Shown here in pieces: positions 1 to 15,500 of a stretch of 64,000 bases of DNA (position 1 is its first letter; each line of letters starts with the position of its first letter). A program made the translations under genes and the position numbers. The DNA comes from Antedon mediterranea (lineage: Eukaryota; Animalia; Echinodermata): positions 28,340,437-28,404,436 of the forward strand of contig NC_092672.1 of the NCBI RefSeq assembly GCF_964355755.1, written 5' to 3'. Below the pieces are notes generated by a model. It saw only the letters and a program-made list of their open reading frames with translations, was not told the origin of the DNA and made no database searches.

Positions 1-461
1 ACAAACAAATCAAGCAACAAACGAATGCCTCAGTCTTCATGTTTATACAGTATGTAAATACGTCATTTTTTTGGAAGAGTCATAATATGGTAGAGTACAG
101 TATATAATGATTCAGCAATGAGGAAGTCATTCAACTGGAAGATAAACAATTACAAGACCAATAACGTCACCTTCTGGCGTCGTATCTTCATTATATACTT
201 ATTGTAATATAATGTTCACTGTATTTGACGGGAAGAGTTCTATCTAATAAACCATTTGTTTGGAATGAACATGTGACTAATAATGAATAATTAGTGTCCT
301 TTTATAAAAGGACTGTCGCCTTTAAGATCAGCTACATTAGGAACACTGTGATCCAATTCAAAGGATCTAGTATTAAAGAAATCTATAAAATCCTTTAAAA
401 TGGATTTAATATTTGAGTTTAAGGACGAAGAGAATTCATTTTGTTTTCCTTCTTATATCAG

Positions 462-529
462 GTTGAGCGAAGAGGCTCTGGAAGCGGTTACGTGTATACA
501 GGAGCAAGACTTCCATGGAATTAACAATT
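462..529 (+). CDS. RhoGEF upstream internal exon (LSEEALEAVTCIQEQDFHGINN)
   Basis: Pyrimidine tract plus cag acceptor at 460-461 and GTAAGT donor at 530. The phase-1 end joins 8315 in frame (T|AT TGC AAC ATG). Confidence 0.55.
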
Positions 530-3500
530 GTAAGTATAACTGCAGTACAAATAGATGCATTTTATCTTTTTTTTGTTGGTTAAGTTAAAATAGTAATGAG
601 AAATTGAGGCTAAAGCTCTGTCTGCACTATCAAACTAGTTTGACAAAAAAAATGTGATCTGCCCAAATATGGTAGTGACATGCTTAAATATGGTAGTGAT
701 ATGACATCATCATGTCCATATATGGGCACACCACATTTTTTTCCCACAAAAAGTTGGATAGTGTAGACAGAAAGCTCTATTGAGTTTCAGTTTCAGATTT
801 GTCAACTAAAAGTTAAGAAAAATTTTAAAATTAATGTTTGCTTCGGTTATTTTAAAAAATGACTTCAAGCAAAAACATTGACTATAACACAAAGTTAAGT
901 TGATTTTTTTTTGTAACATTAAAAAAAAAATCTGACCCCTGCGTCTAAAGAAAAACGATAACGTAGCTGCTTTCACTTTTATGGTAAGTTTTGTAATGAT
1001 GACATTACTTGCTATCCAGAAAGACTGTACGTGAGGTAAAATTTCATCTGCAGTTGCGTAGGACTGCAGTTAAAAATTGTTTCATATCACAGAAACCAGA
1101 TTTTTTTTATGGTTTTTGCAATCAATTAGAATTTTTATGACTTTTCAGATCGGTTTTGTAATGTTTGTGAAGAACCTCCTAAGGCAAGAAAATGCCGTAA
1201 AAATATGATATTAAATTGGGGCGTAACCACCAGTACGGTTATTAAAGTTTCAATCTGACCACTTTTTAACAGAATATTGACAACCCAGTGGCTTGGACAG
1301 AGATTGTTGCCTTTTTTTGCAACAACCACTTTATTAATCTTGTGGCTTCATTACTGAAAATACAATATTAACTCCGTTCTAAATTACAAATTTGATATTA
1401 AATCCATTGCTCCACTAGAAACCTTGACAGCTTTGCAGATATAGAAAGTGAGAGGATAGATCTTGTGGCAATCAATATTGACTGTGTTATTTATAGTTGT
1501 ACAAATAAAAATTGTATATGTTTGTTATTTGATATTGACGAGGAAGTTTTTAAACTTATTATATTTGTATTTTTTTACTGTATATAGCAAACTTGAAAAA
1601 TAAATTATAATTTATAACAGCAGCATTATAGCACTGTGTTATGCGCTGAACCATGAATTCCATAGCTTCCTTTGGTCCATGATTCGAATCCCAACACCGC
1701 TCTCCTACTTCCAGGCTGAAATACATGTAGATATAGCAACGTCTTTGGATAAAACGTTATGCTCAAAATTTAATTTTAGCTGAGTTGAATGTGTTCCCAT
1801 GTTTCTCCCTCTGAATCCACCCCTGAATTCACCCCCTGAAATTAACTAAAGCCTACAGTATCAGTTAATACCCGACCATACTCAACAGTACCATAGAATT
1901 TACCAGTCTCCATAAAAATGGTATTGAAAGTTCCATGGCGCTTTTAAATCTTAGTAAAACAGTGGTTAAAAGTACCTATATTGTAAATTTTTACCATTTT
2001 TAAAGTTCAATGTGAATGAATTTTTAAAGAGTGCTCTGAATCTGTTTGACCCGCATAAGGAAATTCTTTATTGTTTTCACACTAAGAGTTATACAATCAT
2101 ATCAAAACAACAGCATAATACAGTGCCATTTACACTATACACAAAAAAGGCTTAAACAGTGATGTATTTTTTAAATTATTTTAAAACTGCTCTATACTGA
2201 ATCATGCTGTTTGACCATAAAACCTTTAGAATTGTGGTCACTAAACAAAATTCATTAAACAACAATTATTGTATACTATAGTACTTGATTTCATTTACCA
2301 CAACTTTCTCTTAAAGCTCAAGTACAGTCATGAATTTTAAATATATTATCTGACTAATTGTATATAAATCAAATATTTGTAACAGAAATCAAGACAAAAA
2401 AACATGAATTTCCCTTAATATGGTCAAATACAAAATTTGGCAAAATTCTGCCATAAAAACCAGGAAGACTTTTTTTAAAGTAGTTAGGTAGTTTAACCTA
2501 ATATAATAACATGTCTGGTGACTCCCTAGAAGGTGAAAAAAGATGGTGGATATATGGTGGATAATTTTTGCTATAGCATAAAAATCTGAAGTTGAATAAA
2601 AATACCAGAAATGTAAAATTCAAGTTATATTACCTATATTTAGTCATCGATAACAATTTTTACCACACCGTTTATTTTTCCTAGCTTCTTAAAATGCCTC
2701 TCTATTTACAAAATTTGTGTACAAAAGAATAGAGATTTTTAGTCGCGTGGACGCGACTCTATAGTCCATTAGGTCGGTCGGTCTGTCTGTCGGTCCGGTA
2801 TCACTATGCGTTTTAGCATGTGACTTATTGCTGTTGGCCTTGTTCTGTACTTGTAATTTAAACTATCCCCCCACTCCCACTGATAAGAAAGTGCTTATTT
2901 TCAACAAGCTCGTGTAACACAAATAAAATCCCAAAAATTATGAAACATAGGGAAAACTGTAGATCGATAATTATTGGAATGTATGATCAATAGAAATTTT
3001 TTGCCTGCACCTGGCCTTTAAGATCCTAAAACTGTTCAAGTAAATCAAATTGTTTCATAAATCTTATATCATAAATAAGTAATAACTTCCAATAGTTTAT
3101 TCTCAAAAAATTTCATCTGGTTTCAATGGATATTAAATAAATAAATGTTAACTTTTATTTAAACCAGTTGACAAGTACTTACTTGTAAGTACTTGTCAGT
3201 AAGTACTTGTCAACTGGTTTAACTAAAAGTTAACATTTATTTATTTAATATCCATTGAAACCAGATGTATTCTCTGTCCAGTTTCTGTTAATTGGGTTGA
3301 TAATATATTATTTCTAATGTATATTCTATTCTTGATCACTAAAATGTAAAAGTATTTTCTGTACTGTAAATTATATCTTCATTCAAGTTCAAGCCCCGTC
3401 ACATTATTTTTCTAAGGACAAAATTACAACTCCACTCCCAAAGACTTGTAATAAGACTTTGTTTATGTAGAGCATCTTGTGTATGTATGTTTGTCTTGTG

Positions 3501-6500
3501 AACCTCTGAGGGTCCCTAATGATCAGCAATTACTGGATGGATCACACCCTCATTTAACATGGTTAAAAAAAAAAAAAATCTTTGTACATGCTTGTGAACT
3601 TTGTATTGCTGTGTTGTGGGCTCATATCATGTTACAAAGTTCAAACTATGTTATTAATTTATTACTGAAGTAGAACATCAATTCTGAATAACAACCCAAA
3701 ATATAACTAGAATTTAATTTGTCACTTTGACGAATTATAGGTGATCATTTTATCATTTTAATGAAATTAAATTTTTTTAAACACGCATGTACGTTAACAT
3801 ACGATCGTAAAAAGTTAATTGATGTACGCCATCCTATGAAATGATGCAAATACGCTTATAGTGCTGAGTTGTACCTATTATGTGTCATATTATAATAACA
3901 GTACAGTATACTGTATATCCATATATAGTGTAGCATAGGTGAAATTACGGGACCCACATCATGTTCTAAGTCTATGTCTGCCCATGTTGCAAGCCGTAAT
4001 GTCTTCTTTCTTGGGCCCACTCTGTCATGGCAGTTAGTTTCAAAAGATGATTAAATTAAATAATGTATTAATAATTATTAGGATGGTATTCATTTGAATA
4101 AATGCCTCTCCAATAAAACATCACTTTGAATAATACCCCCTCCCCCCCAACCCAACTATCTAATAAACGTCCATCCACATATTCATAACAACACAATTAT
4201 ACTATTTGTAGTAGAATTCATCGCACTGTTATCTACAACTTACCAAGCATTTGTTATTCTTTTTTAGTACTTTTCATATCTATTAGAGGATTTCATTTTA
4301 TTATAAATGTTACCATATTATTAAAACTACAAAATTTAACATATATCCCTCGAATAAGCACCCCCCTCAAATGACCTCCGCCTCCCCAAAGGGCCCTACC
4401 AAACAATAAAAACTGTACTTTAAAATGTTATTAATCATCTAAAACACTGTGAAACAAAGTAGTTTAGTTTTACGAATGTCAAGCATTTTCAATAATGGGA
4501 ACCGACAGAAAACGTATAAGGAGAACATTATCATTCCGAGAACCATCGTCTACACTTCCTAGAGGGGGAGCGAGCGAAGCGAGCTCACCCTCTAGTTACT
4601 GAAATTGTTTTTGAATTTTTTTTTTATTTGGCTGTTCTATAGACCTATACTATTGACACTGAATTACAGTAATGCTATCAATATCATTATACTTGTCTAA
4701 AATCTTTTACAGTAAATGGTGTACTGTCTACTGTGTAACAAAGGAGAGGTCATGCATTGTTCACTCTTGCTGTATACACTGCAAACAACAAAGGAACAGG
4801 ATTTGTTTTGTTCGTTTACATACTTTTCAAACAAACTGCCTAATATAGAAAGCCCACCAATTAGTCACTCTACCAACAGGCCGAGTCACTGGACAATTGT
4901 CAGATATTGGCAAGTTATTGTCAACAATACTGACTTGTGTTGTTTGCTGAGGTTTGTTTTTGTTGTCTTTGAACCAATGTAGAGTATCCTGTTGTCAGTC
5001 AGTTTATTTAGCATTATGGGTCATTCCATCTCAGATCACCCAATGAGTTAAACCCTACCTCTTCCAATTTTGATGAAATTTGGTATATGGGTGATTCATA
5101 GCAATTAAAGCCAAAATTTCAAATTTTAACTTTATTGGACCAACGGTTTTCGAGATATCGCAATTTCAATTTTCGGTTTTTACGCAAAAAAGGGCGCGTC
5201 CGCCACGTTTCAAAGAGCTGTATCTCGGGAACTATAGGTTCGATTTTAAAAGCAAAGGTATTTTTGTAAAGGGGAGACCATAAGGAATCTAAATATACTA
5301 ATTGTGTGTGTTTTATGTTAATTTTAAGTTGAATAAAACTTTGACATATATTTTGACCTTGAAATTGACCCCGTGGAACACGCCCGTTTTGTTGGTGACT
5401 ATCATGAAAAATGTAGCCCTACGTGTCAACTACAACATATACAAAAATTGGAGGGGTTTTTTTCTTTGTTTCCATGAAATTACAATTTGAAGTTGACATA
5501 CCTCTTCCTTTTAGTGTATTTTTGGTGTCTGTCCATGCATTACTTCAATGTCAATTTGATGTATTCCAAAATTAATTTTATTTACAAACTAAATATTATT
5601 ATAATGTTACAATTGTCTATGTCTGGCCTTTACTCCTTGTCATCTGGACAATTCAAACAGTATTTAGAAATGTTGTGGCGATCATTTTGGGAAATACTGT
5701 AATTCCTAGTCGAAGAGGATTTTATAAACGGAGAGGATTTTATAAACGGAGAGGCTATAATACAATGTACATTTGATTCAGGAATCCAACAACAGTCTTC
5801 TTTGGACGGCCAATAAAAGGTTTTCGCTGACCCATGAGGATGCATAAATTTAATTTGAAAATCCCCAAACTCTTCTGAGAGTGAGACATCCACCACCAAA
5901 CCAATCCATGGGACACCATCATAACTACAGCACACAAAATTCTGAAGTCTAATAATGGTGGGTTGTGTATCAGCAACAATTTCATTTTCATCACTGAAAG
6001 ATTCTTGAATCACTACCACATCCGGAGGGTTTATCTGGGTACTAAGTTTGTAGACCTGCATCTGTGCCAGAGAAACGGGAACAAAGCGATGATATTGTAA
6101 TGTACCCTTGATGGTCTGGGCGAGGTTGAATCTCGGCTTTATTTCTTTTTCTACAGTAGATACCTCATCTATTCCCACATGAAAAAAGTTGATGCCTGGA
6201 ATGTCCATATGAGCGAGTCATATGGCCGAGCGGTTAAGGCAGGGGCGCCGTTTACCGTACCTAAAAGACAACAACATCGGCAAGGGTTCGAGGCCGACTC
6301 GCTCCTCTCTTCAAGTCTTCTCGGATAAGGACTATAAACCATAGTCCAGTGTACACAGTTATAACATGTGTGTACTTTAAAGGACCCAGTTCATTATTCG
6401 AAAAAGAGTAGGGGGTTACCCCGGTGAACTGGTTCACACAATAGCCCCTGTATCAGGGGGATTACCACCTATCTGATAGGACAGTGACTAATTCACTATT

Positions 6501-9500
6501 GATAATCCTTGGCCACATTGCCTAAAGACATAAAATAGAAATAAAAAATTACACAGTAGTCGAACATACTGAGAGATGTGATAATATGACATTCAGTCAA
6601 ACGCTGTAAGCTTCTCTTAGTGACAAGCCTCTTAACTGTTCCACCTATGCCATCACACGCACTCTTGCCATGTGATGTAGCGAAAAAATTCCACTCGGCG
6701 TCTAAACCAAAATCTTCCTGGTAGTGGCAAAGGTTAATAAAGTAATATTTGTTTTTGTATTGGCCGCCACATCCATCTGTGAAATAATGAACTTTTTTCA
6801 TGGTTGGTAGTTTTGTTTTTATATAGGGGATGACAACCTTTAAAAAGGCATATACAGTAACTGTTGTATGTTCTCTGCAATCACTTATTATGCATATGTT
6901 AATGTGCATAATAACATAGTAAGGACACTAAACTATGTGTCAAAATTGATTTGAAAAGTATGTGAGTTACCCAGTATTTCTCATATCAAAATACATCTAC
7001 TGTTTAAGTGGGCCTGATGAGAAAGCGTAACAATAAGACACCTTAACAGTTAGTGTTCACACTGTGTATAAGTATAACAACACCAAAAATACACTAAAAG
7101 GAAGAGGTATGTCAACTTCAAATTGTAATTTCATGGAAACAAAGAAAAAAACCCCTCCAATTTTTTTATATGTTGTAGTTGACACGTAGGGCTACATTTT
7201 TCGTGATAGTCACCAACAAATCGGGCGTGTTCCACGGGGTCAATTTCAAGGTCAAAATATATGTCAAAGTTTTATTCAACTTAAAATTAACATAAAACAA
7301 ACACAATTAGTATATTTAGGTTCCTTATGGTCTCCCCTTTACAAAAATACCTTTGTTTTTAAAATCGAACCTATAGTTCCCGAGATACAGCTCTTTGAAA
7401 CGTGGCGGCCGCGCGCTTTTTTGCGTAAAAACCGAAAATTGAAATTGCGATATCTCGAAAACCGTTGGTCCGATAAAGTTAAAATTTGAAATGTTGGCTT
7501 TAATTGCTATGAATCACCCATATACCAAATTTCATCAAAATTGGAAGAGGTAGGGTTTAAAATTCCATTTTTTTTGGGTGAACTGAGATGGAATGACCCT
7601 TATGTGTTATCCTTTTATTGAAGGTCAGGAACCCCCTTTTCTTAAAAAATGGTCACAGCTGAAGTGGTATGTTTTATAGTCTGATTTATAATGATTGTTC
7701 ATCAAAAAGTTTGGACCAGGGTTTGGACAATAAAGTCCTGTTTCTCTAGAATCGAGAAGTGTGACCCAATTTACAGACCTACAGAAATGGAGATTAGTTT
7801 ACTATGGAAGTACAGCTGTACATACAAAATACTGTATGAGAAACACCAGTAAACCACCATAATTATGTTCAAATCAATGACACCATGTCAATACCCAACT
7901 TCTATTGTATGTTTTGCGCAATCATTAGTTACCTTTCTTTTTACAATGTGTTGTGTCACTAGACTATGTAGCTGTTGTGTCTAAAAGTCATTATGTTTAT
8001 GTTTTTTGATATGTTTATGAAGGTTTTGGTTCTTTTTCTGGAAAAACAAATTATACAAATATCCAAGTGGATAGATTGATTAATATTCAGTGTTTATGGA
8101 TAAACAAAAAATTGGAACTGGTTTTGAATTTTTGTTTTCTTTGAATAACAAACATGTTCTCACAGTGTTCCCGGCATCATGCTGTTGTTTGAATGTGAAT
8201 GGTGATATATTTCTACTCTCACTATTTTAATAGTTAATAATTTTTGAATATACCCGATTAATTGCACTGCTTTTTAAAAGTTATTTTAAGTAATTTGACA
8301 TTACTCTTTCTCAGATTGCAACATGATGGAAAGTAAACCACTGCCACCGATTCCAAAAGCAAGGTTGGTGAAACATGCCAAGCCAAATGTACCTACAAAA
8401 CCTACATTTCTAAGAAACCAGCAGTTAAACAAACCAAGTAATAAAACATTGATGCTAATTACAAGCAAAGATGGAGAATTATCTGTAATTAAAAGTAGTA
8501 ACTCACCGCCCATTGCACCTAAACCAAAATCTACATTCCATGTACGGGTCCAGCAGCATGGAAACAAACTTCAAGTCTGCCCGGTTGGTCATTATGTCGA
8601 GGTTAACTCAAATGAACTTGAGGTCTGTTCTCTCAAGAACGACTTTTATTGGAGTATATTACAAAAAAATAAATTGGAAAAGAAAGAATTGGAAGAAAGT
8701 TGCAAAATTGAAAAAGGGGTGCATAAATCTGTAGAAGTTTGCCCAATTCCAGCACCCAGAAAAATAAGCAATGAAACGTCAAATGAAAATACAGACCAAT
8801 CAAATGCAGAAGGAAGACATGATTTTGAAAATGTTAGAGCTAACATCATACCGGTGCCAAGCCCAAGGAGTCAAGTAAATGTAAAATTGCAACGCAGATT
8901 ATTTGAAAAAATGTTACATTCAAAAGACAACGAAGAAAAAAGTTCTGATATACTCCATTCTAATGACAGTTCTAAAAAAACACCGAAAAAAGCAGATAAA
9001 TTATCGTCCAAAACATTTTCTCATAGAAGAATGCCTTCAAGACAAACCAAAAAATATGCATCACAGCAACCTAACAAGCCTAGACCAAGAAGCATGGAAT
9101 CACCTTCTGTTGAATTTCCACCAAAACCATCTTCCAGAGTAAGGAAAGAAAATACAAATTTACAACACACAGACATTTTAACAGACTTGGCTAAAATAAC
9201 TGCTGCGGAAACGATTCCTAAGCCATCTCCCAGAGAAATGTCAATTTCAATGCATTCCAAAACAGACAATGCAAGATCTGCCATCGCTCCACCGTTATCT
9301 CCAAAACCATGCCACAGAAGCATTCCAGAACAACCAAATTCCAAACCGAATTTCCAAGTCAGTCCAGTTGAGCCGTCCTCTCAATTGATTTTATCAAATG
9401 TGAAATCGAAAGATATGCCAACAGAAGATATTCCAAAGACTACTGCAAATTTGTCCAACACAAAAAAACATGCAACAACACTATGTGCTAAACAAAACAT

Positions 9501-12500
9501 TCCAAAGATAAGGATCTCTGATGAGAGTAGTGACAACCAAGTATATTGTGAACACCTTGAAAATATTGAAATTGAAAATATTAAAGTAACAAATAAACGC
9601 AATACTGAAGAATGTACTACTACCGGTGTGGAAGTAGATTCTACTATAGATCACAAATCAGAAACTTCTATTGAACATGGAGTATTAAATAAAAGTAACA
9701 ATCAGTCTGGCAATGTAGTGATCATTCAAAATAGGAGTGAAAGTAACTCTGATATGTACCCATTTGTAGTTCTTTATCCAAATAAGAGCTATTCAGATGA
9801 ATACACAGATGTAGAAATCAATCCAGACCGTAGCAAAAATCTGTCAGATTCTGGTGAAGAGCCTGACAGTGACCTTGATGACCCAGACTATGTCAATTGT
9901 AAAGAAGACCATGATGATTTTAATGAGGATTATGTCAATGGAGATTTCCTTGATAGTTGTTCCAATCCTGCTGGTGAATATATGAACTTTGAAGATGCTA
10001 AAAGTTGCCAATCCACAGAAGACAATCTGGTAGAAGAACCTCCTTATGTCAACCATGGCATTTCAGCAGAAAGTTGTGGTAAAGACAATGATGCTCTTTG
10101 TGGAGATACCTTAGAAGGCCACAAAACAGAGGAAAATAGTAAAAAGACCTGTGGCACTAGAACAGAATGTTATGGTAATTCAAATATTTATTTGCTAGAT
10201 TAAAAATCCATTTCATTTGAATGAATGGGAGAATACATTTCAAAGATTTGATTAAAAACAGCCAGGGTTTCAACAAATTCTATAATAACCATTAAATATC
10301 ACTTTTACAAATAAGTAGTACAGTATACTGAATGACATTTAATGCACAGTAATAAAAATAAAACATGACAAAGATACCCTCGACGTAAATAATATTTATT
10401 ACACTTTCTATGTTGCTAAACAAAGTTTTCAATAACTCATGAGCTACAGCAGTTGCTTTTTTTTTTATTTGGCAGAAATAAATTGTATAGCTTTGTGGTC
10501 AATATGGTTTTGAGTCCTATTAAAATCTAAAATCTTTCACATTTTTTAAAAAGCTATTACAAATATGGTACAATCAATTGACAAAACCATCTTCTAGAGA
10601 GCTAACATTGTTTAAATAGAAATAGCACATTTCTAAATTGAAACAATTTTTTTATTGAATTTCTAAAATTTATATAAAATTAAATCTTCAATCATGAACA
10701 TTTTGTTATTTGTCAATTTTGTCTTGCGGTTTAAATAAAAATTGTCATATTAATTTTTGTTATTATACTGCCCTCTTAGCTTGAAATTGTTGAATTATTG
10801 TATGATCTTAATTTATTTTTTCAATCTATATTTGACTTGTGAAATCAATAATTAACTTAACTTTACTCTCTCTTTCAGAAGTGGTTTTAGATGTTTCAAA
10901 TTCTAAATCTATATCAAATAAGTAAGTATTTTTAGTCTGTTGATTTTTGTCATTTGCTCTGTGATAATGAGTTTTGTTTTGAGTGACACGTCTCTGCAAA
11001 TGTAGATAATGATTTCTGTGTTTCTCACTTTCAAATTAAAAGAGTATGTAACTTTTTTTTTCTCTTTCTTTATCTGATTTTGGAGGCGCCTCTGGTGTCT
11101 GCTTGAGGCTTATGATAAATTCAGCAATGTCCAATTGATGGATGTATGAAAGAAAATGGTAAAAAATCCTAAATTCAAAACTGCAGAGCCAGAGAAATCT
11201 CCCTGTGAATACAGAATGGCCATATATTTTTACAGACTAATTCAGCCTCGGGACCAAACTTGTTGAGGCTGATAAATTTCATTTCATTTCTTTATTCGAA
11301 TTCAAAACAATATAACAAACAAAAACAGTACAGGAATGAATTCAGGGTATCACAAAAAAGTAACTAATGGTCAAACTTATTTCCATTGTGGCTTGTCAAA
11401 TATGTCATTATAAAAGAAAAGTCTCATAATTCAGAAACACTGATCTAGGGGACATATACAGTTGAACCATTCCTTCGTTACATCACTAATCAGGGGAAAC
11501 TTTCATACAAAACAAACGAGAAGCATATATTTAACACTACTGTATGACCAACCCCTAAAGCTTGGTTCCCACTAGAACGTAACGCTAGAATGTAACGCAA
11601 GGACGTAAACGCAACGCAAGCGTTTTAACCAATGACAAGCGAAGTTATAGACAGGTAGCAATCACAAGCGAATAAGCCATAGCTTGTGATTGTTCAATTC
11701 ACTTGCGTTGCGTTACGTCCTTGTGTTGCGTCGCTAGTGGGAACCACGCTTTAAGGGACATCCCTATTATGAGGGACACTTTGTCTCCTTAATATTTGTT
11801 CTATTGTATACTGTGCAAGGTTATGTGGTCAATCGTGTGTTTTTGTGTTTGTTTCTTTCAATTTGTTAGCAGGATTATTCAAAAAAGTATTGCCCGATTT
11901 TCATAAGATTTAAAGGATGGTTTCATAGCTGTATGGGAACACATCATTGCATTTTCATATGCCTAGACAGGGGTTTGCGCTCTGTGAGTGCTCTTCTGGT
12001 TATTTCAGCATTTATTACATTTCCTTCATGAAATCACATAAAACAAAACTATTTTTTTTATTACAAGTCTTTAAAAGTTGAGTTGAATCTGTACTGTAGT
12101 TCCATTTCTACAACTTAGTGAAAGAACCTATCAAGCACTATCCCATTGCTGATTGAGATTGTCTATAAAGTGCATCTGTAGTGGCCTTAAGTAATTAGGT
12201 ATATCTGATTTTCTGAGGAAGTTTACTAGCATAGAAACAGGAAGGTTTATCTTCCTTTAGCAATATTTCACCTTTGACCTTTACATTTGTCTGCAAGTAA
12301 CGCGTCATAATCAATTGATATGAATCTGAAAAAACTAAAAGTCTATATATACCTACTAATAATGTATTAATATCATGTGTTATCTTTAGAAGGAATCAAC
12401 GTGTCTAAATTAATTGTTTCATAGCTTTGGTCATCATTTTTTGAGTCATAAACCTTACTTCTTTCTAAGTCTGAATCAATCAATGGGTATAGTGGTACCA

Positions 12501-15500
12501 AGGGATAGTGGTTTTATTGTATTAAGGGATAATGTGTCGAGGGGTATTGAGGTCAGGACAAACCTTCTCCAATGGGGACAATGTAATTTCTTATCTTCCT
12601 TTGTATTTCAAGTTTTTTCAGTTACAACACTCACGGTAATTTATCTTTTGAGAAACGACTAAAAGATGCTTAATGGTTTATTTTGGGGATTTTTTCTTCA
12701 CATACATGGATAGCGTCAAAACTAGAAAAATCAATACCTCTATATCTCAACAACATTTTATCTCTGATTTTCAAATACGTAGGCATATTTCATCCTTTAT
12801 TTCTTTTAGAAATAGTTTTACACTGTATGTATGTTTTCCAATACATCACCTTATTCTCAGTGGCGTAACGCGGAGGCATGAGGCCCATGGTTTAGGAACC
12901 TTTCAACGCTGGAATGCCTCAGGCGTTTTTACCATTTTCCACATATTTAATGCCTGTTTTTTTCCTCTGGGCACTGCTCAGGGCCCCTATAAACTCCAGG
13001 GCCCCTGGGTTTAGCCAGTGAGCGTTCATAGTCGTTACGCCACTCCTTATTCTAAACCTATTTCAAAAAAAGTATAGTGGTTATTGAACTACAGAAGTAG
13101 GACAAAAATTCATATCGCATAGTTTTTCTCAACTGAACTAGTCATCTTTTGATTAACTAATAATATGAAAAACTTTTTAATTCTTTACCGCAAATATTTA
13201 GTTCCTAAAGCACTCTTTAGTAGAAAAAAGTCTTATCAATGTTTTTAATATGTATTTTCCCACAACTTGACTCACCGTCTTTTTCTAAACTTATTTATGA
13301 AAAACTTCCTTCTAAGTCTGTGTAAATAATATGTATCTTGTCGCTGTCTAGTAGAAAGAATTCTTGTCACTATAGATGTTTTTAATACATGTATTTTCCC
13401 TCAACTTGACTCAATTCTAATTCACATCCATCCAAATTATTTACTCATATTATATTCATATAAAATTTGATGATTCAAAAGAAACTGAATTTGGATTTAG
13501 GCAGATCTAGAAGTGGTTCTAATTCCTTTTTGAAATTTGAAAAAGGTGTTGTTTCAGGTGAGGAGGTCGGGGGATTGCACCTTTCCATATATTTTGCATC
13601 TGCACATGTGGAATAGTTATCATTAATACCTCATTAGATTAGCTTTTGGTTGTACAACATCAAGATGTAAATTGGGAGCCAAATGCACTTGGAAAATCAT
13701 AAATGTGATCACTGACACTCTATGGCTAATTTGTATAGGTTCTGCATAGTCCAATCAAATGTTATATGAACTGCTAATAGGCATCCAGTGGTAGGAACCA
13801 AATGTTGTCAATCTTGCAACACATGCATTTTGACAATGTTACTATATCTTTGCTTTTTCCATATATTGAAGTTAAGTTTTTTAAAGTTCTTTTAAAGTAA
13901 TAAAACATTCTAAACTATAATATTCTTTTTTATTCAGTACATTTTTTTTTACATTTTCTTATGCTTTGTTTTATTTTTGTGTTCAAAAATTCTGTAAAAA
14001 AATATATACTGTAGGCCTATACAAAATTGTATGCAAGTTTTAAATAAAATTGTCTATACTTGTTTTAATGTTTTGATAGGAAATTTCTCTTGTTTCTGAA
14101 AAATAATAAATACTGTAAAATTATTTTATGCAAGTTTTAAGGAAAGTGTCTAAAAAGCTATATTTTATAGTTTGTCTTTTCATCCAAATTTTTACTTTTT
14201 ACATGCTCTGTTTTATTGTTGTGAATAGGCAATTTATGTTATAAAAAAATATAAATAAAATTATTTTTATGCAAATTTGAAGGAAATTGTCTGAAGAGCA
14301 TACTTTAGAGTTTGTGTTTTACTTCCAAATAACTCATTCCAATTAACATTTCCGCTGTATTCAATTAATTAATTGATGATATCCTTTCCGCATGATAACC
14401 CTCAGAAAAAGTGGTACATTCCATTCCTCTGTAAAGGGCACTGTTTTAATAAGATAAGTTATTGGTGATTATGCGAACGGAGTATGGTACGACTCAGAAC
14501 TGCGTTTAAGTAAGTAGCTAACAACGAATTAAAGTCAGGGCCGTATTAGGTTACTTCATACTTGAGCTTCGCTGTTAAAGTAAATATAAATTTCGTGACT
14601 TGTAAATTATTTATTAATTTCAATTATTAAATTTATCAATTATCAAAAGTTCTTGAAAAAAATTAATCAAAATTTATGTTTTTAGTTGTTTCTATGTAGG
14701 CCTAAATTAGCTCTTTTATTACAATTTCCTATTAATCCTTTTACCTCAATATCACTAACATATTCTTAGTAAGCTAAAAAATTAGTAAAGTTGTGCAAAA
14801 TTGTTATTTCTTTTATAATCAAATTCTTTATCTGAAGTCCTAACTAAACTAACAGTATTTCCTTATATTATATTGTCATAATAATTTTTCTTGTATAATC
14901 TATTCATATTTGAGAAATATACAATTTCTTAATTTTACAATATTTAATTTGTATTCAATTTTTATTTATTTATTTTTTTGTTTAACATAGCCAGTTTATA
15001 TTATACGTAATCTATATTTTGTTTTTACTTTGATAAAGTTAAATGAAGTTTACTACTATTGAAATTTACTACATTTCACTATTTTCAACAAAAAACACAT
15101 TTAAAAAATTGTATCACTCATACAAAATTATTGTACAATTGTTCTAATAATAGAACATACTCTTCCTTTAGGAAGTGGCTGACATACATTCACACTATTT
15201 TGATTCATATACCATTTTTAAAGTTAGATAAATTTATTAACAACATTTTTATATTTTACATAATAAATAAAGAAATACTTAAAGAAAATGAAATACTGAT
15301 TAAGATGCTATATAAAACATTTATAATAGCTTATTTTTATCATAAAAAATAAATGTTTTGTTCAGAAAACATATATAAATAACTTGTGATTCACGTTTGA
15401 TTCAATTTTGTAGGCCTAGATCATAGCAAAAATTGTCTGTAAATGAGTAATATGACCAATTTTAAATTTTCCCTGTGTGTGGTAACAGAATAATTTTGCT

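Larger units (their letters stand above)
5018..7599 (-). mobile_element. Sola2-type DNA transposon, internally deleted
   Basis: ~510-bp TIRs (5018-5528 and 7080-7599), GGG...CCC termini, 4-bp TSD TTAT (5014-5017, 7600-7603). Transposase motifs FTDGCGGQYKN and WNFFATSHGKSACDGIGGTVKR. Confidence 0.85.

Noticed and set aside
6211-6304. Functional tRNA gene
   Set aside because: No proper anticodon arm and no T-run terminator; it continues into a SINE body that has a second copy at 34833-35053.
8301-10056. Overlapping alternative-frame and antisense ORFs in the large exon
   Set aside because: They are shadows of the 626-aa coding frame.
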